Assembly (NCBI GenBank): GCA_044344255.1
Contig: JBIJDH010000030.1
Coordinates: 1 to 63,991, forward strand
Source: Myxococcota bacterium
GTDB lineage: Bacteria; Myxococcota_A; UBA796; UBA2385
Length of the DNA: 63,991 nt
Direction: 5' to 3'
Part shown: positions 20,565-30,729 of the stretch, piece after piece
How positions within the stretch are numbered: the stretch's first letter is position 1
Layout: each line of letters begins with the position of its first letter
Made by a program: the position numbers and the translations under genes
The notes under the pieces: generated by a model
What the model was told of the DNA's origin: nothing
The model's input: the letters and a program-made list of their open reading frames with translations, nothing else
Database searches by the model: none

Positions 20565-21408
20565 AGCTCGAATCACGGTCATCGGCGCGGGTACGATGGG
20601 CCATGGCATCGCCCATGTGAGCGCGCTCGCGGGCTACACCGTCGCCCTCTACGACGTGGACGAGCCGCGGGTGCAGGCTGGCCTCGCCAAGATCAAGAAG
20701 AACCTCGATGGGGGCGTCGAGAAGGGCAAGGTCGCCGTCGCCGATCGCGACGCCGCGCTCGCCCGCCTGCGCGGCTCGACCGACCTCGCCGAGGCCGTGG
20801 CCGGCGCCGAGCTCGTCATCGAGGCCATCCCCGAGCGGCTCGAGCTCAAGCAGGCCCTCTTCCGCAGCCTCGCCGAGCTCACGGAGCCGGACACCATCCT
20901 CGGCACCAACACCTCGAGCCTGCCCGTGGCCCGCATCGCCGAGGCGGCGGGCGACCCGAGCCGGGTGGTGGGGCTCCACTTCTTCAACCCGGTCCACATC
21001 ATGAGCCTGCTCGAGGTGGTCTTCCACCCGGGCACCGCCAATGAGGTGCTCGACGTGGTGCGCGCCTATGGCCAGTCCATCGGCAAGGAGTGCATCTTCG
21101 TCAAGGACAGCCCGGGCTTCGCCACGAGCCGCCTGGGCGTGGCCATCGGGATGGAGGCCATCCGCATGCTCGAGGAGGGCGTGGCCAGCGCGGAGGACAT
21201 CGACAAGGCCATGGTCCTCGGCTATCGGCACCCGGTCGGGCCGCTCAAGCTCACCGACATGGTGGGCCTCGACGTGCGGCTCAACATCGGCGAGCACCTC
21301 GCCCGCACGCTCGGCAACCCCGCCTTCGAGCCGCCGGCCCTGCTCCGCCGCCTCGTGGCCGAAGGCAAGCTCGGGCAGAAGACCGGGGCGGGCTTCTACC
21401 GCTGGTGA
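20554..21408 (+). CDS. 3-hydroxyacyl-CoA dehydrogenase
   Basis: [51 protein letters not shown]. Overlaps the thiolase 3' end. Confidence 0.95.
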
Positions 21409-21436
21409 GGGGCCCCGACTCGCTGGAGCGGGCGGC

Positions 21437-22852
21437 TCAGCGGCGGGGCGGGGTGGCGACGATCGCCACGACCTTGTCGGCCCCCCGCTGGAGCGTCAGG
21501 GCCGGGTTGGCGTGCTCGGCGACCCCGCGCTGAAAGCTGGCGAGGTCGCTCACGGGCTCTCGCTGCACCTCGAGCAGGAGGTCGCCGGGACGGATGCCCG
21601 CGGCGGCGGAGGGGCCGCCGGGATCGACCGAGAGCACGATCAGCGCCTGGGCGCGGCCCTCGGGGAGGTGCGCGGCGTAGTGGCGCAGGCGCTCCGGGGT
21701 CGCTGGCGCGAGGTGGGCGCCGCCCCAGTCGAGGGCGTCGGCCGGCGGCGGCTCGACCCGGGCCACGCTGGCCTCGTCTCGGGGCTGGAGCGTCGTCTCC
21801 CCCTCGCTGGCGCCGCGTCGATAGCGGAGCTGGAGGTGGGCGTCGACGCCGGCGCCTTGGACCATCCCGCGCAGGTCGGCCTCGCCCCCGACCGGCTCAC
21901 CGTTGACCTGGAGGATGACGTCGCCCAAGGCGAGGCCCGCCTCGGCGGCCGGGCCGCCGGGGACGATGCCGGTGACCCGCGCGCCCGGTCGGGGCTCCTC
22001 GCCGGTGGGGCGGAAGTCGACCGCGGTGAGGCCGGCGCCCGCGCGGCTCACGCGCCCCTGCGAGAGGAGCTCGTTCATCACCCGGCCCGCCATCTTCGAG
22101 GGGATCGCGAAGGAGATGCCGCTCGCCGCTCCGGCCGACTGGGCCGTGAAGATGGCGGTGTTGATGCCGATGAGGCGACCCTGGAGGTCGAAGAGGGGAC
22201 CGCCGGAGGAGCCCGGGTTCACCGCGGCGTCCGTCTGGATGTAGTCCTGGATCTCGTCCTCGGTGAGGTTTCGCCGGCCGCGCGCGCTCACCACGCCCAT
22301 CGTGACGGTGAAGTCGAAGTCGAAGGGGTTGCCGACCGCGACGACCGACTGCCCGGGCCGGACGGCGTCGCTGTCTCCGAGGGTGGCCGCGGGGAAGGGG
22401 CCCTTGCCGAGGAGCTGGAGCAGGGCGAGGTCGGTCTTGGGGTCCGCGCCGAGGATGAGCGCGGCGTACTCTCGCTTGTCGGAGAGGCGCACGCGCACGG
22501 CGTCCGCTCCACCGACGACGTGGTCGTTGGTGAGCACGAGGCCGTCGCTGCGGATGAGCACGCCGCTCCCCGAGCTCTGGCGCCGCTCCCCCGCGCCGGC
22601 GCCGGGGCCGATGGGGAGGTCATAGTCGTGGAGGAGCTGCTGGAGGCCCTTCGAGACCGCCGTGGGCTTGAGGACGTCGACGCGCACGGCGGTCGGTGTG
22701 ACGCGGGCGGCCACCTCGATGAGGGCGGCGTCGAGGGCCGCGGGGTCAAAGGGGGCGACGGCGGCGCGCGGCGCGCCCCAGGCGGCGCCCGAAGAGGCGA
22801 GCGCGGCGAGCAGGAGCAGGCGGCGGGTGTGGAGCGGCAGCGGCGAGGTCAC
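21437..22852 (-). CDS. HtrA/DegP-family serine protease with two PDZ domains
   Basis: Signal peptide, GSGV..LTNDHVV, DPKTDLAL, IQTDAAVNPGSSGGPL, two PDZ domains. Confidence 0.93.
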   Translation of the reverse strand: MTSPLPLHTRRLLLLAALASSGAAWGAPRAAVAPFDPAALDAALIEVAARVTPTAVRVDVLKPTAVSKGLQQLLHDYDLPIGPGAGAGERRQSSGSGVLIRSDGLVLTNDHVVGGADAVRVRLSDKREYAALILGADPKTDLALLQLLGKGPFPAATLGDSDAVRPGQSVVAVGNPFDFDFTVTMGVVSARGRRNLTEDEIQDYIQTDAAVNPGSSGGPLFDLQGRLIGINTAIFTAQSAGAASGISFAIPSKMAGRVMNELLSQGRVSRAGAGLTAVDFRPTGEEPRPGARVTGIVPGGPAAEAGLALGDVILQVNGEPVGGEADLRGMVQGAGVDAHLQLRYRRGASEGETTLQPRDEASVARVEPPPADALDWGGAHLAPATPERLRHYAAHLPEGRAQALIVLSVDPGGPSAAAGIRPGDLLLEVQREPVSDLASFQRGVAEHANPALTLQRGADKVVAIVATPPRR

Positions 22853-22922
22853 GCCCCGAGTGTATCCGGCCCGGCCGGCGACGCCGTGCCGGGATAGACG
22901 CCAGCGGATCTGGAGGGGCCTG

Positions 22923-24542
22923 ATGGCAGAGACGAGCAACCCTGATCCAAGCCGGCCCGACGCGAGCGCCTCGGGCTCCGGCGAGCGCCTCGACGCGCTG
23001 CTCTTCGAGCTCGTCCGCGAGGGGCGCTCTGCCACGGTCGAGGTCACCGAGGGCAAGAAGCGCTGGGTCTTCAGCCTCGACGGGGGGCGCCTCGTCTCGA
23101 CTCGCTCCAACCTCAAGAGTGAGCAGCCGGAGGCCGCCCTCGAGGCCGAGCCCGGCCTCAGCGGCGACGCTCTGGCCTTCGCCCTCGCGATCCGGCGGGT
23201 GCGCGGGGCCTGTCGGTCCGAGGCCGCGGTGTGGTCCGTCGGGCCCCTCGGCGAGCTCAAGGCGGTAGATCGGCTGCCCACCCGCACGGTGCTCGCGCGG
23301 GCCCTCAGCGGGCTCCGCGGCCCGGAGGCCCTCCAGGCGGCCATCGGCGGCCTGCTCCGGGGGTGGCCGCGCGCGAAGGCAGAGCTCTCCGAGCTCGGGG
23401 AGCTCGGCGCCACCGACGCGCTCGCGACCTACCTCCAGGAGCTCGACGGCAGTCGCCCCGGCCTGGACGTGCTCGACTTCGCCCCCGGTGACCGCGCCCA
23501 GGTGCTGACCTGCCTCTGGCTGGCCTCGGGCCTCGGCCTCCTCGAAGATCGGCGCGAGGACGGCTTCCTCACCCCATCGCCCCCTCCCACCGCCTCCGCC
23601 GCGGTGGTCTCACCCCCCAGTGGCGCAGGTGCCGGCCGGCTCGACGAGGGGCCCTCCCACGTCGTCGCCGGGCTGCCTGGCCGGCGCGGCGCCAGCGCGG
23701 CCCCGACGTCCGCGGTGCCGGCGGTCCCGGTGGCGGTCGAGAAGCACCCCATGGAGGATCGCCTCCGCGAGCTCCATCGTCGTTTCACAACCGCAAACCA
23801 TTACTTTGACGCGTATGGCCTCTCTTCGGACGCGCCGGCCGACCACTTCCGGAAGTGCCACCTCGAGTTCGCCCAGGCGCTGCACCCCGACAAGTACGTC
23901 GAAGCCAGCCCGGAGCTCCAGGAGCTGGCCACCGAGGCCTTCGATCGGGAGCGCGTGGCCTGGGAGACGCTGGGCGACGACGAGAAGCGCCTCGCGTACG
24001 CCGACCGCGTGATCCGCGGGGTGAAGACCGAAGAAGAGCTCGCGATGGAGCAGGTGCAGAACTACTGGAGCGCCGAGGCTGACTTCAAGCGGGGAGTGGC
24101 GGCCTTGAACGCCGGGCGCCTGCTGCAAGCCCACCCGATGTTCCAGGCGGCGGTGGAGCGGGTGCCCGACGAGCTCGAGTTCAGGGCGTACCTCGGCTTC
24201 ACCACCTTCCAGGTCAACCGGAGCCGAGACAAGGAGGCCGCCGAGCGCGGCGTCGAGATGTTGAAGGACGTCATCGAGCGCAACAAGGAGCAAGAGCGGA
24301 AGCTCGACCTCGCCTGGGTGCTCCTCGGCCGCACCTACAAAGACGCCGGCAACGACACGGCGGCGAAGCGTTGCTTCGTCCAGGCCCTCAAGCTCAACCC
24401 GGCCAACGCCGACGGTCTCCGGGAGCTCAAGCGCTTGTCGGGCCAGGAGCCGGGCCGGAAGGACGAGCCGAAGGCCGAGAAGCGGGATGAGGCGAAGACC
24501 GAGAAGAAGGGCTTCTTCGCCAGCCTCTTCGGCAAGAAATAG
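22923..24542 (+). CDS. DUF4388-like + J-domain + TPR protein
   Basis: N-terminal DUF4388-like segment, J domain with LHPDK, C-terminal TPRs (AWVLLGRTY..ALKLNP), FFASLFGKK tail. Confidence 0.8.
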   Translation: MAETSNPDPSRPDASASGSGERLDALLFELVREGRSATVEVTEGKKRWVFSLDGGRLVSTRSNLKSEQPEAALEAEPGLSGDALAFALAIRRVRGACRSEAAVWSVGPLGELKAVDRLPTRTVLARALSGLRGPEALQAAIGGLLRGWPRAKAELSELGELGATDALATYLQELDGSRPGLDVLDFAPGDRAQVLTCLWLASGLGLLEDRREDGFLTPSPPPTASAAVVSPPSGAGAGRLDEGPSHVVAGLPGRRGASAAPTSAVPAVPVAVEKHPMEDRLRELHRRFTTANHYFDAYGLSSDAPADHFRKCHLEFAQALHPDKYVEASPELQELATEAFDRERVAWETLGDDEKRLAYADRVIRGVKTEEELAMEQVQNYWSAEADFKRGVAALNAGRLLQAHPMFQAAVERVPDELEFRAYLGFTTFQVNRSRDKEAAERGVEMLKDVIERNKEQERKLDLAWVLLGRTYKDAGNDTAAKRCFVQALKLNPANADGLRELKRLSGQEPGRKDEPKAEKRDEAKTEKKGFFASLFGKK

Positions 24543-24590
24543 GCCGATCTTCGGTGAGAAGTAGCGGTAACGAACCCTCGAAGCTGGAGC

Positions 24591-25235
24591 GTGGCGGTGT
24601 TTGACGAGCTCTTCCGAACCTGGTTCGAGTGGTCCCGGGACGCGGGCTACGCCGGTGTCTTCCTCCTGATGGCGGCCGAGAGCACGATCATCCCGATCCC
24701 GTCGGAGATCATCATGCCGCCTGCCGCCTACTGGGCCGCCCAAGGGCAGATGAGCCTGCCGCTGGTGATCCTCTCCGGCGGGCTCGGCTCCACCTTCGGC
24801 TCTTCGCTCTGCTACCTGCTCACCGCCACCCTCGGGCGGGCCTTCGTGGCGCGCTGGGGTCGGTATTTCTTGCTGCCGCCGGCCCGCCTGGAGCTGGCGG
24901 AGCGCTGGCTCGCCTCCTTCGCGCTCGGCGGGGTCTTCTTCGCCCGCCTGCTGCCGGTGGTGCGGCACCTCATCGGCTTCCCCGCCGGCCTCATCCGGAT
25001 GCCCTTCTTGCCCTTCGCGGCGGTCACCTTCGTGGGCTCCACCTTCTGGTGTGGGATCCTCGCGGTCTTCGGCGCGCGGACCCTCGGTCAGCACCCCGAC
25101 CTGTTGAACGACCCCTCGGGGATCGCCCACGTCATCAAGCAAGACCTCGCCTGGTTCATCGGCCTCATCGTGATGCTCGGCGCGGGCTGGCTCTTCGTGA
25201 AGTGGTTCAGCCTGCGCAAGGCGACGCGGGCTTAG
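24591..25235 (+). CDS. DedA-family membrane protein
   Basis: LMAAEST.IPIPSEIIM, FFARLLPVVRHLIGFPAG. Confidence 0.92.
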   Translation: MAVFDELFRTWFEWSRDAGYAGVFLLMAAESTIIPIPSEIIMPPAAYWAAQGQMSLPLVILSGGLGSTFGSSLCYLLTATLGRAFVARWGRYFLLPPARLELAERWLASFALGGVFFARLLPVVRHLIGFPAGLIRMPFLPFAAVTFVGSTFWCGILAVFGARTLGQHPDLLNDPSGIAHVIKQDLAWFIGLIVMLGAGWLFVKWFSLRKATRA

Positions 25236-26452
25236 CCCGGCGCGGCGGCGAAGCGGGCGACGACGGCGTCGTAGTGGTCGATGATCTTGCGCACGTAGGC
25301 CCGCTTCTCTTTGTAGGCACCCGGAAAGAAGCTCCGCTTGAAGCCGTAGATCACGGTGTTTCGCAGCGCCCGGAGGTCCATGTCGAAGCCGTCCACCGCG
25401 AGGCGGAGCTCCCGGCTCACCGTGGTGTGGGACACGAGGCGGTTGTCGGTGCAGATCGTGGCCGAGAGCTTGTCTTGCAACATCCGGCCGAACATGTGGT
25501 TCTGCACGGTGCCGACCTTCGGGTTCGTCTGCAGGTTCGAGGTGATGCAGACCTCGATGGTGACGCGCCGATCGGCGATGTACTGGGCGAGGCGGGCGAC
25601 GTAGGCCTCGGGATCGATGATGTCGGCGCCGCAGAGCTCGGCCGAGAAGAGGTGGTAGCCGTGGCCCACGCGGTCGGCGTAGAGCTCGGTGATCGCCTCG
25701 AAGATGCTCTCCGGGCCGTAGGCCTCGCCGGCGTGCACGGTCTTCTTCAGGAACCAGCGGTGGGCGTGGGCGAAGGCGTGCCGGTGATCGTGCGCCGGGA
25801 AGCCCGCCTCGGCGCCGGCCAGATCGAAGCCGACGATGGGGACGTTGTGGTTGTCCCGGCAGTGCACCGCCGCCCGCGCCAGCTCCTCCGAGGCGAGGCC
25901 GAAGATCTCCTTCTTCGGCATGTCGGGGAACAGCGAGCAGAGCCGAGCGTACCAGGCCGAGAAGGAGGGCGTGAAGAAGCGCAGCGCGCAGACGATGATG
26001 CCGTAGGCGAAGGGGGGCTCGCCGTGCACCGCCACGGCCTCCGAGGCGTTGAAGGTGTCGGCCGCGTGCCGGAGGCCGCGATCCACCGCCAGCAGCACGG
26101 CGTCGAAGCCGAGGTCTCCGTGCATGTGGAGCTGGGGAGCGAAGCGCACCTCGATGTAGCGGACCCCTTCCTCGATGTTGTCCCAGGCGAGCTCAGCCGC
26201 CGTCTGCTCGAGCGAGGCCTCGTCTTGGAGCACCGCCGTGGTGTAGGCGAAGCCCTGGAGGTACTCCTCGAGGTTTCGATAGGCGGGCTTGAAGACCAGC
26301 GCGTTGAGCCCCTCGACGGTGTTCGAGGGCAGGCGCACCCCCCGCTCGCGGGCGAGGTCGATGAGGGTCTGCTCCCGCAGTGAACCGTCGAGGTGCACGT
26401 GGAGGTCGGTCTTGGGGAGGGCGCGGAGGAGCTCGTCGGAGATCGGCTTCAT
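25232..26452 (-). CDS. add: Adenosine deaminase
   Basis: LPKTDLHVHLDGS, YIEVRFAP, GFDLAGAE, TVHAGE, RVGHG, EVCITSN, CTDN. Confidence 0.92.
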   Translation of the reverse strand: MKPISDELLRALPKTDLHVHLDGSLREQTLIDLARERGVRLPSNTVEGLNALVFKPAYRNLEEYLQGFAYTTAVLQDEASLEQTAAELAWDNIEEGVRYIEVRFAPQLHMHGDLGFDAVLLAVDRGLRHAADTFNASEAVAVHGEPPFAYGIIVCALRFFTPSFSAWYARLCSLFPDMPKKEIFGLASEELARAAVHCRDNHNVPIVGFDLAGAEAGFPAHDHRHAFAHAHRWFLKKTVHAGEAYGPESIFEAITELYADRVGHGYHLFSAELCGADIIDPEAYVARLAQYIADRRVTIEVCITSNLQTNPKVGTVQNHMFGRMLQDKLSATICTDNRLVSHTTVSRELRLAVDGFDMDLRALRNTVIYGFKRSFFPGAYKEKRAYVRKIIDHYDAVVARFAAAPG

Positions 26453-26588
26453 GGCGTTTCCCTAACCAGCGCGGCGCGCGGGCGGGCGGCCCCCGCGGGG
26501 AGAGTGCAGGAGAGTGAGGTGCGGGGCCTTGCACGGCCGGCGGGCGTCCGCTATGCCCGCTGAATCTCGACCAGCCCGAGGATGCGAG

Positions 26589-26966
26589 ATGTTGGAGCTA
26601 CCTGCCGGTATGCGAGAGCTGCTGATTGAGCAGCTGGACGAGTACTGCGAGAACATGGACGACACGTCCGACACCGATGCCATCGCCGAAGCGGTGGTCG
26701 AGCTCGTGGAGTCCGTCGCTCAAGAAGTGAGCGGTGTGGACGCCGAGGAGATCATCTCCAAATTGGAGACCTCCGGTGAGCTTGACGCCAGCCTCGTCGA
26801 GGTGCTGGAAGAACACTTCGCCAAGAGCGCGAGCCTGGAGTTCTCCGGTGAGGACATCGTCACGATGCTCGAGAAGATCTGTGAGATCGAGTGGTCTGAC
26901 CCCGACGACGACGAGGGGGGCTCGGGCTTCTTCGGTGAGGAGCCCGAAGGCGAAGAGGACTTCTGA
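26589..26966 (+). CDS. Highly acidic hypothetical protein
   Basis: 125 aa with ~40 D/E versus 4 K/R. Codon usage looks coding-like. Confidence 0.7.
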   Translation: MLELPAGMRELLIEQLDEYCENMDDTSDTDAIAEAVVELVESVAQEVSGVDAEEIISKLETSGELDASLVEVLEEHFAKSASLEFSGEDIVTMLEKICEIEWSDPDDDEGGSGFFGEEPEGEEDF

Positions 26967-26996
26967 GCCGGGGTGCCAGCGCGATCGGAGCCTTCC

Positions 26997-28712
26997 GTGA
27001 GGGTGCGCGTCGCCTTTGCATTGCTCCTCGGCCTCAGCGCCACGGCGCGCGCCGAGTCCGTGGCGGGCTCCGCCCCTGCGGACCCCCTCCTCCAGGCCGC
27101 GTCTGCGGAGCTGGACCGCATTTGGGCGCAGCTCTCCGCCGCGCCCGAGCCCGCCTATTGGATGTCGCTCGGCGTCACCGACCGGCGTTCGGTGGAGGTG
27201 CAGGCCACCCACGGCGCCGCGGGTAGCATCAGCCGCAGCCACACCCGGGCGGGCGACGTAGACGTGCGGGTGGGCTCCCCTGAGCTCGACAACTCGCACA
27301 AGATCCGAGATGCCGGTTGGTTCTCCGAAGATCCCCGCGTCACGCTCGATCTCCCGCTGGTCGACGCCGTCCCCCGTGCGACCCGCTACGCCATCTGGCG
27401 GGCCTTTGACGACACCTACCGCACCGCGGTGCGACGCCTCGTCAAGGTGCGCACCAATGACGCCGTGAAGGTGGAGCGCGAAGACCAGAGCGCCGACTTC
27501 TCGCTCTGGGCGGCCGTCCGCGACGAGGGCCCGGTCGCCCCGCTGGTCGTCGACGCAGAGGCCTGGCGGGACGCCGCGCGGCGCGCCTCCGCGGTGTTCC
27601 TCAATTATCCTGGTGTGTACGACTCCAACGTCAACTTCCAGGGAGATGACGAGGTCCAGTACATCCTCACCACCGAGGGCACTCGGATCCGCCAGCAGCG
27701 TCACCACCTTCGGATGAGCCTCTGGGCCGGCACGGTGGCCGAAGACGGCATGGAGCTGCAGGTCTACGACTACATCGACGCCGCCTCACCCGACGGCCTC
27801 CCCGACGTCGCCCGCATCATCGACATGGCCCACGCCGCCGCGCGCCAGGTCGAGGCGCTGCGCGTCGCGCCGGTGGTCGATCCCTACGTCGGGCCCGCCA
27901 TCCTCCGCGGGCGGGCGGCCGCCGTCTTCTTCCACGAGATCCTGGGCCACCGGGTCGAGGGCCACCGCCAAAAGGACGAAGACGAGGGCCAGACCCTGAC
28001 CGACAAGGTGGGCAAGCCCATCTTCCCCGACTTCATCACGGTGGTGGACGATCCCACCGTGGCCCGCGTGGGCGCGGTCGATCTGAACGGGCACTACCGC
28101 TACGACGACGAGGGGGTGCCGGCGGAGCGGGTCTCGATCGTAGACAAGGGTGTGCTCAAGGGCTTCCTGATGAGCCGGGCCCCGATCGAGGGCTTCGCGC
28201 GCTCGAACGGCCACGGTCGGCGGCAGCCGGGCTCGGCGGTGGTCGCCCGCCAGGGCAACCTCCTCGTGAGCACCAGCGCGGCCGTACCCTACACGGAGCT
28301 CCGCGCGCGCCTCCTCCAGCAGATCAAGGCCCAGGGCCGCCCCTACGGCTTCGTCTTTGACGACATCACCGGCGGCTTCACCTTCACCGGCCGCAGCAAC
28401 CCCAACTCCTACGCGGTGCAGCCGGTCACGGTCTGGCGCATCTGGGCCGACGGGCGGCCCGATGAGCTCGTGCGCGGGGTCGATCTCATCGGCACCCCGC
28501 TCACCACCTTCCAGAGCGTGATGGCGGCGAGCGACCGGGTCGATGTCTTCAACGGCGTGTGCGGGGCCGAGAGCGGCTGGGTGCCGGTCTCGGCGGTCTC
28601 TCCCGACCTCCTCGTGCGAGAGGTCGAGGTGCAGCGCAAGGACAAGGCGAATGACCGCCCACCTTTGCTCCCGCCCCCGGTCCCTGTGCCCGCGAACGGG
28701 GGTGGCCGATGA
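26997..28712 (+). CDS. TldD-family metallopeptidase with signal peptide
   Basis: FFHEILGHRVEG zinc motif, DDPT, YDDEGV, SNGHGR, GVCGAESG with the conserved Cys. Signal peptide ending ATARA-ES. Confidence 0.88.
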   Translation: MRVRVAFALLLGLSATARAESVAGSAPADPLLQAASAELDRIWAQLSAAPEPAYWMSLGVTDRRSVEVQATHGAAGSISRSHTRAGDVDVRVGSPELDNSHKIRDAGWFSEDPRVTLDLPLVDAVPRATRYAIWRAFDDTYRTAVRRLVKVRTNDAVKVEREDQSADFSLWAAVRDEGPVAPLVVDAEAWRDAARRASAVFLNYPGVYDSNVNFQGDDEVQYILTTEGTRIRQQRHHLRMSLWAGTVAEDGMELQVYDYIDAASPDGLPDVARIIDMAHAAARQVEALRVAPVVDPYVGPAILRGRAAAVFFHEILGHRVEGHRQKDEDEGQTLTDKVGKPIFPDFITVVDDPTVARVGAVDLNGHYRYDDEGVPAERVSIVDKGVLKGFLMSRAPIEGFARSNGHGRRQPGSAVVARQGNLLVSTSAAVPYTELRARLLQQIKAQGRPYGFVFDDITGGFTFTGRSNPNSYAVQPVTVWRIWADGRPDELVRGVDLIGTPLTTFQSVMAASDRVDVFNGVCGAESGWVPVSAVSPDLLVREVEVQRKDKANDRPPLLPPPVPVPANGGGR

Positions 28713-30460
28713 GCGTCGCGCCGGTTCGTCGGTCGCGAGGGGCCACCACCCTCGGTTGCGCCGCGCTGTTGGGCCTGCTCACCGCGACAGGGCCGACCTT
28801 CGCCGCCGAGCTGCGAGACCCCGCCGCCCTCGAGGCGGCGGTGGCCGCAGAGATCGAGCGCACCCTCGGCATGAAGCTGCCCGATCAGCCGCCTCCCTAC
28901 TATGTCGGCTTCGAGGTGCTTGACGGCGCGGTGGCCACCGCCTCGGCGGCCTTCGGCGCGCTCACCTCCTCGGACGACGGGCCCTATCGGAGCCTGCGGT
29001 CTGAAGTGCGGGTCGGCGATTATACGCTGGACAACGCCAACTTCGACGTCGGAATGGGAGAGCGGGACGGCGTCCAGTCCCGCGGCCTGCCCTTGGACGA
29101 CCTCGAGGTGGCGCTGCGCCGGGAGCTCTGGCTCTCGGCGGACCTCGGCTACAAGGGCGCCGCCGAGCAGTACTCCGCTCGCCTCGCCGCGCGGAAGGGC
29201 CGCGAGCAGGGCCGGCACGCCGCCTCCTTCACCAAGGTCCCGCCGCTCGTGCTCGCGCGCGGGGAGCCGCGGCCTGTAGACGGTGCGCGGGTGGTCTCCG
29301 CCGTCGAGTCGCTCTCGGGGCTCCTCTCCGCCTACCCGGAGCTCGAGGATGGCAGCGCCGTCGCCCGCGACTGGCAGGGCTTCCGCTACATCGCGAGCTC
29401 GGAGGGCACCCGGGCCTGGCTGCCGACCGGGTTCACGGTGCTCCTCGTCGAGGCCATCGCCCGGGCCCCCGACGGCGCGCGCCTCCGGAATTGTCGGTGG
29501 TGGGTCTCCCGGGACGCCGCCGGCCTCCCTGCCCAGGCCGAGCTGCAGGCCGAGGTCGCCGAGATGGCCCGCTGGCTGCTCGACAGCCGCAGCGCGCCGG
29601 TGGAGGACGACTACCTCGGCCCTGTGCTCTTCGAGGAGCCCGCTGCCATCGAGCTGTTCCGCCAGCTCCTCCTCTCTGAGCTGAGCGGCACCCCGCCGGC
29701 CGAGTCGGCGCCCGATCCCTACAACGAGGGGGCGAGTGACGGCCCGCCCGCCGCTCGCCTCGGTCGCCGGCTCCTCCCCGACGGCTGGTCCGCCGTGGAC
29801 GACCCCGCCGCCTACCCCGGCGAGACGGGCGCCTACACCCACGACTTCGAGGGCGTCGCCGCCGAGCGGGTGGAGCTCGTCCGCGACGGCGTGGTGCGCG
29901 ATCTCCTGATGAGCCGTGTCCCCCGCCTCGACCGCGCCGGCAGCAACGGCCATGGCCGCTCTCTGGGCACGGACCGCCGCGTGGGCCTGCCGGGCGTGCT
30001 CAAGGTGGAGCCGGAGCGGGAGCGCAGCCAGCGCCGCCTCCGCAAGAAGGCCCTCGCCCTCGCCCGGGAGGCGGGTCTCCCCTACGTCATCGTGGTGCGG
30101 CGCCTCGAGCCTCTGGCGCTCGCCGAGGACTTCCACATCGCCTTCACGGGCGAAGGGCCGCTCCCCGGCCTCACCCGCCCGCTCGAGGCCTATCGCCTCT
30201 ACCCCGATGGCCGGGAAGAGCCCGTTCGCGGTCTCGAGTTCGTGGGGGTAGACGTTCGTGCCCTGCGCGACATCGCCCTCGCCGGCCCCACGAGCGCCCC
30301 CCTCGGCGTGATGGACGGCGCGCCGGGCGCGGGCCGCTTCGGCATTGGCGCGGTCGGCGGGCTGCCCACCACCTGGATGGCGCCGCCGGTCGTGATCCGC
30401 GAGCTCGAGCTCCGCGGCCAGGGCGGCCGAGAGCCGCGGGTCCTGACGCCGCCGCCCTGA
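28709..30460 (+). CDS. TldE/PmbA-like partner subunit with signal peptide
   Basis: Paralogous to the upstream gene (RVGDY.LDN, YLGPVLFE, DDPA, SNGHGR, EEPVRG) but lacks HExxxH. ATGA overlap. Confidence 0.82.
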   Translation: MSVAPVRRSRGATTLGCAALLGLLTATGPTFAAELRDPAALEAAVAAEIERTLGMKLPDQPPPYYVGFEVLDGAVATASAAFGALTSSDDGPYRSLRSEVRVGDYTLDNANFDVGMGERDGVQSRGLPLDDLEVALRRELWLSADLGYKGAAEQYSARLAARKGREQGRHAASFTKVPPLVLARGEPRPVDGARVVSAVESLSGLLSAYPELEDGSAVARDWQGFRYIASSEGTRAWLPTGFTVLLVEAIARAPDGARLRNCRWWVSRDAAGLPAQAELQAEVAEMARWLLDSRSAPVEDDYLGPVLFEEPAAIELFRQLLLSELSGTPPAESAPDPYNEGASDGPPAARLGRRLLPDGWSAVDDPAAYPGETGAYTHDFEGVAAERVELVRDGVVRDLLMSRVPRLDRAGSNGHGRSLGTDRRVGLPGVLKVEPERERSQRRLRKKALALAREAGLPYVIVVRRLEPLALAEDFHIAFTGEGPLPGLTRPLEAYRLYPDGREEPVRGLEFVGVDVRALRDIALAGPTSAPLGVMDGAPGAGRFGIGAVGGLPTTWMAPPVVIRELELRGQGGREPRVLTPPP

Positions 30461-30683
30461 GGCGCGCCGCCAGCCTCCCCGCGCGGTCGGCCCTCTGCGC
30501 GTCGCCGCAGGCGCCCCGCGTTCGATCCGAGCTCTCTGTCGGGCATCGGACCGTCTTGTCATCCCGGTTCACTCCTGTGCGACAGCGGTGTCGCGGTTTT
30601 CGGTGTCGGGGCCGATCGGAGCCCCCAGGACCACCCTGAGAGAGCGCTGTTATCGCCTGGATCTCCGCCCCGGGCGCCGGCTC

Positions 30684-30699
30684 TGGTACGAGGCTTGCA
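30684..30699 (+). promoter_or_regulatory. Sigma54 -24/-12 promoter
   Basis: TGGTACGAGGCTTGCA (GG-N10-GC), 30 nt upstream of ATG30730. Confidence 0.7.
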
Positions 30700-30729
30700 C
30701 AGAGGTCTTCACCCTTGTGGAGGTCTGTG

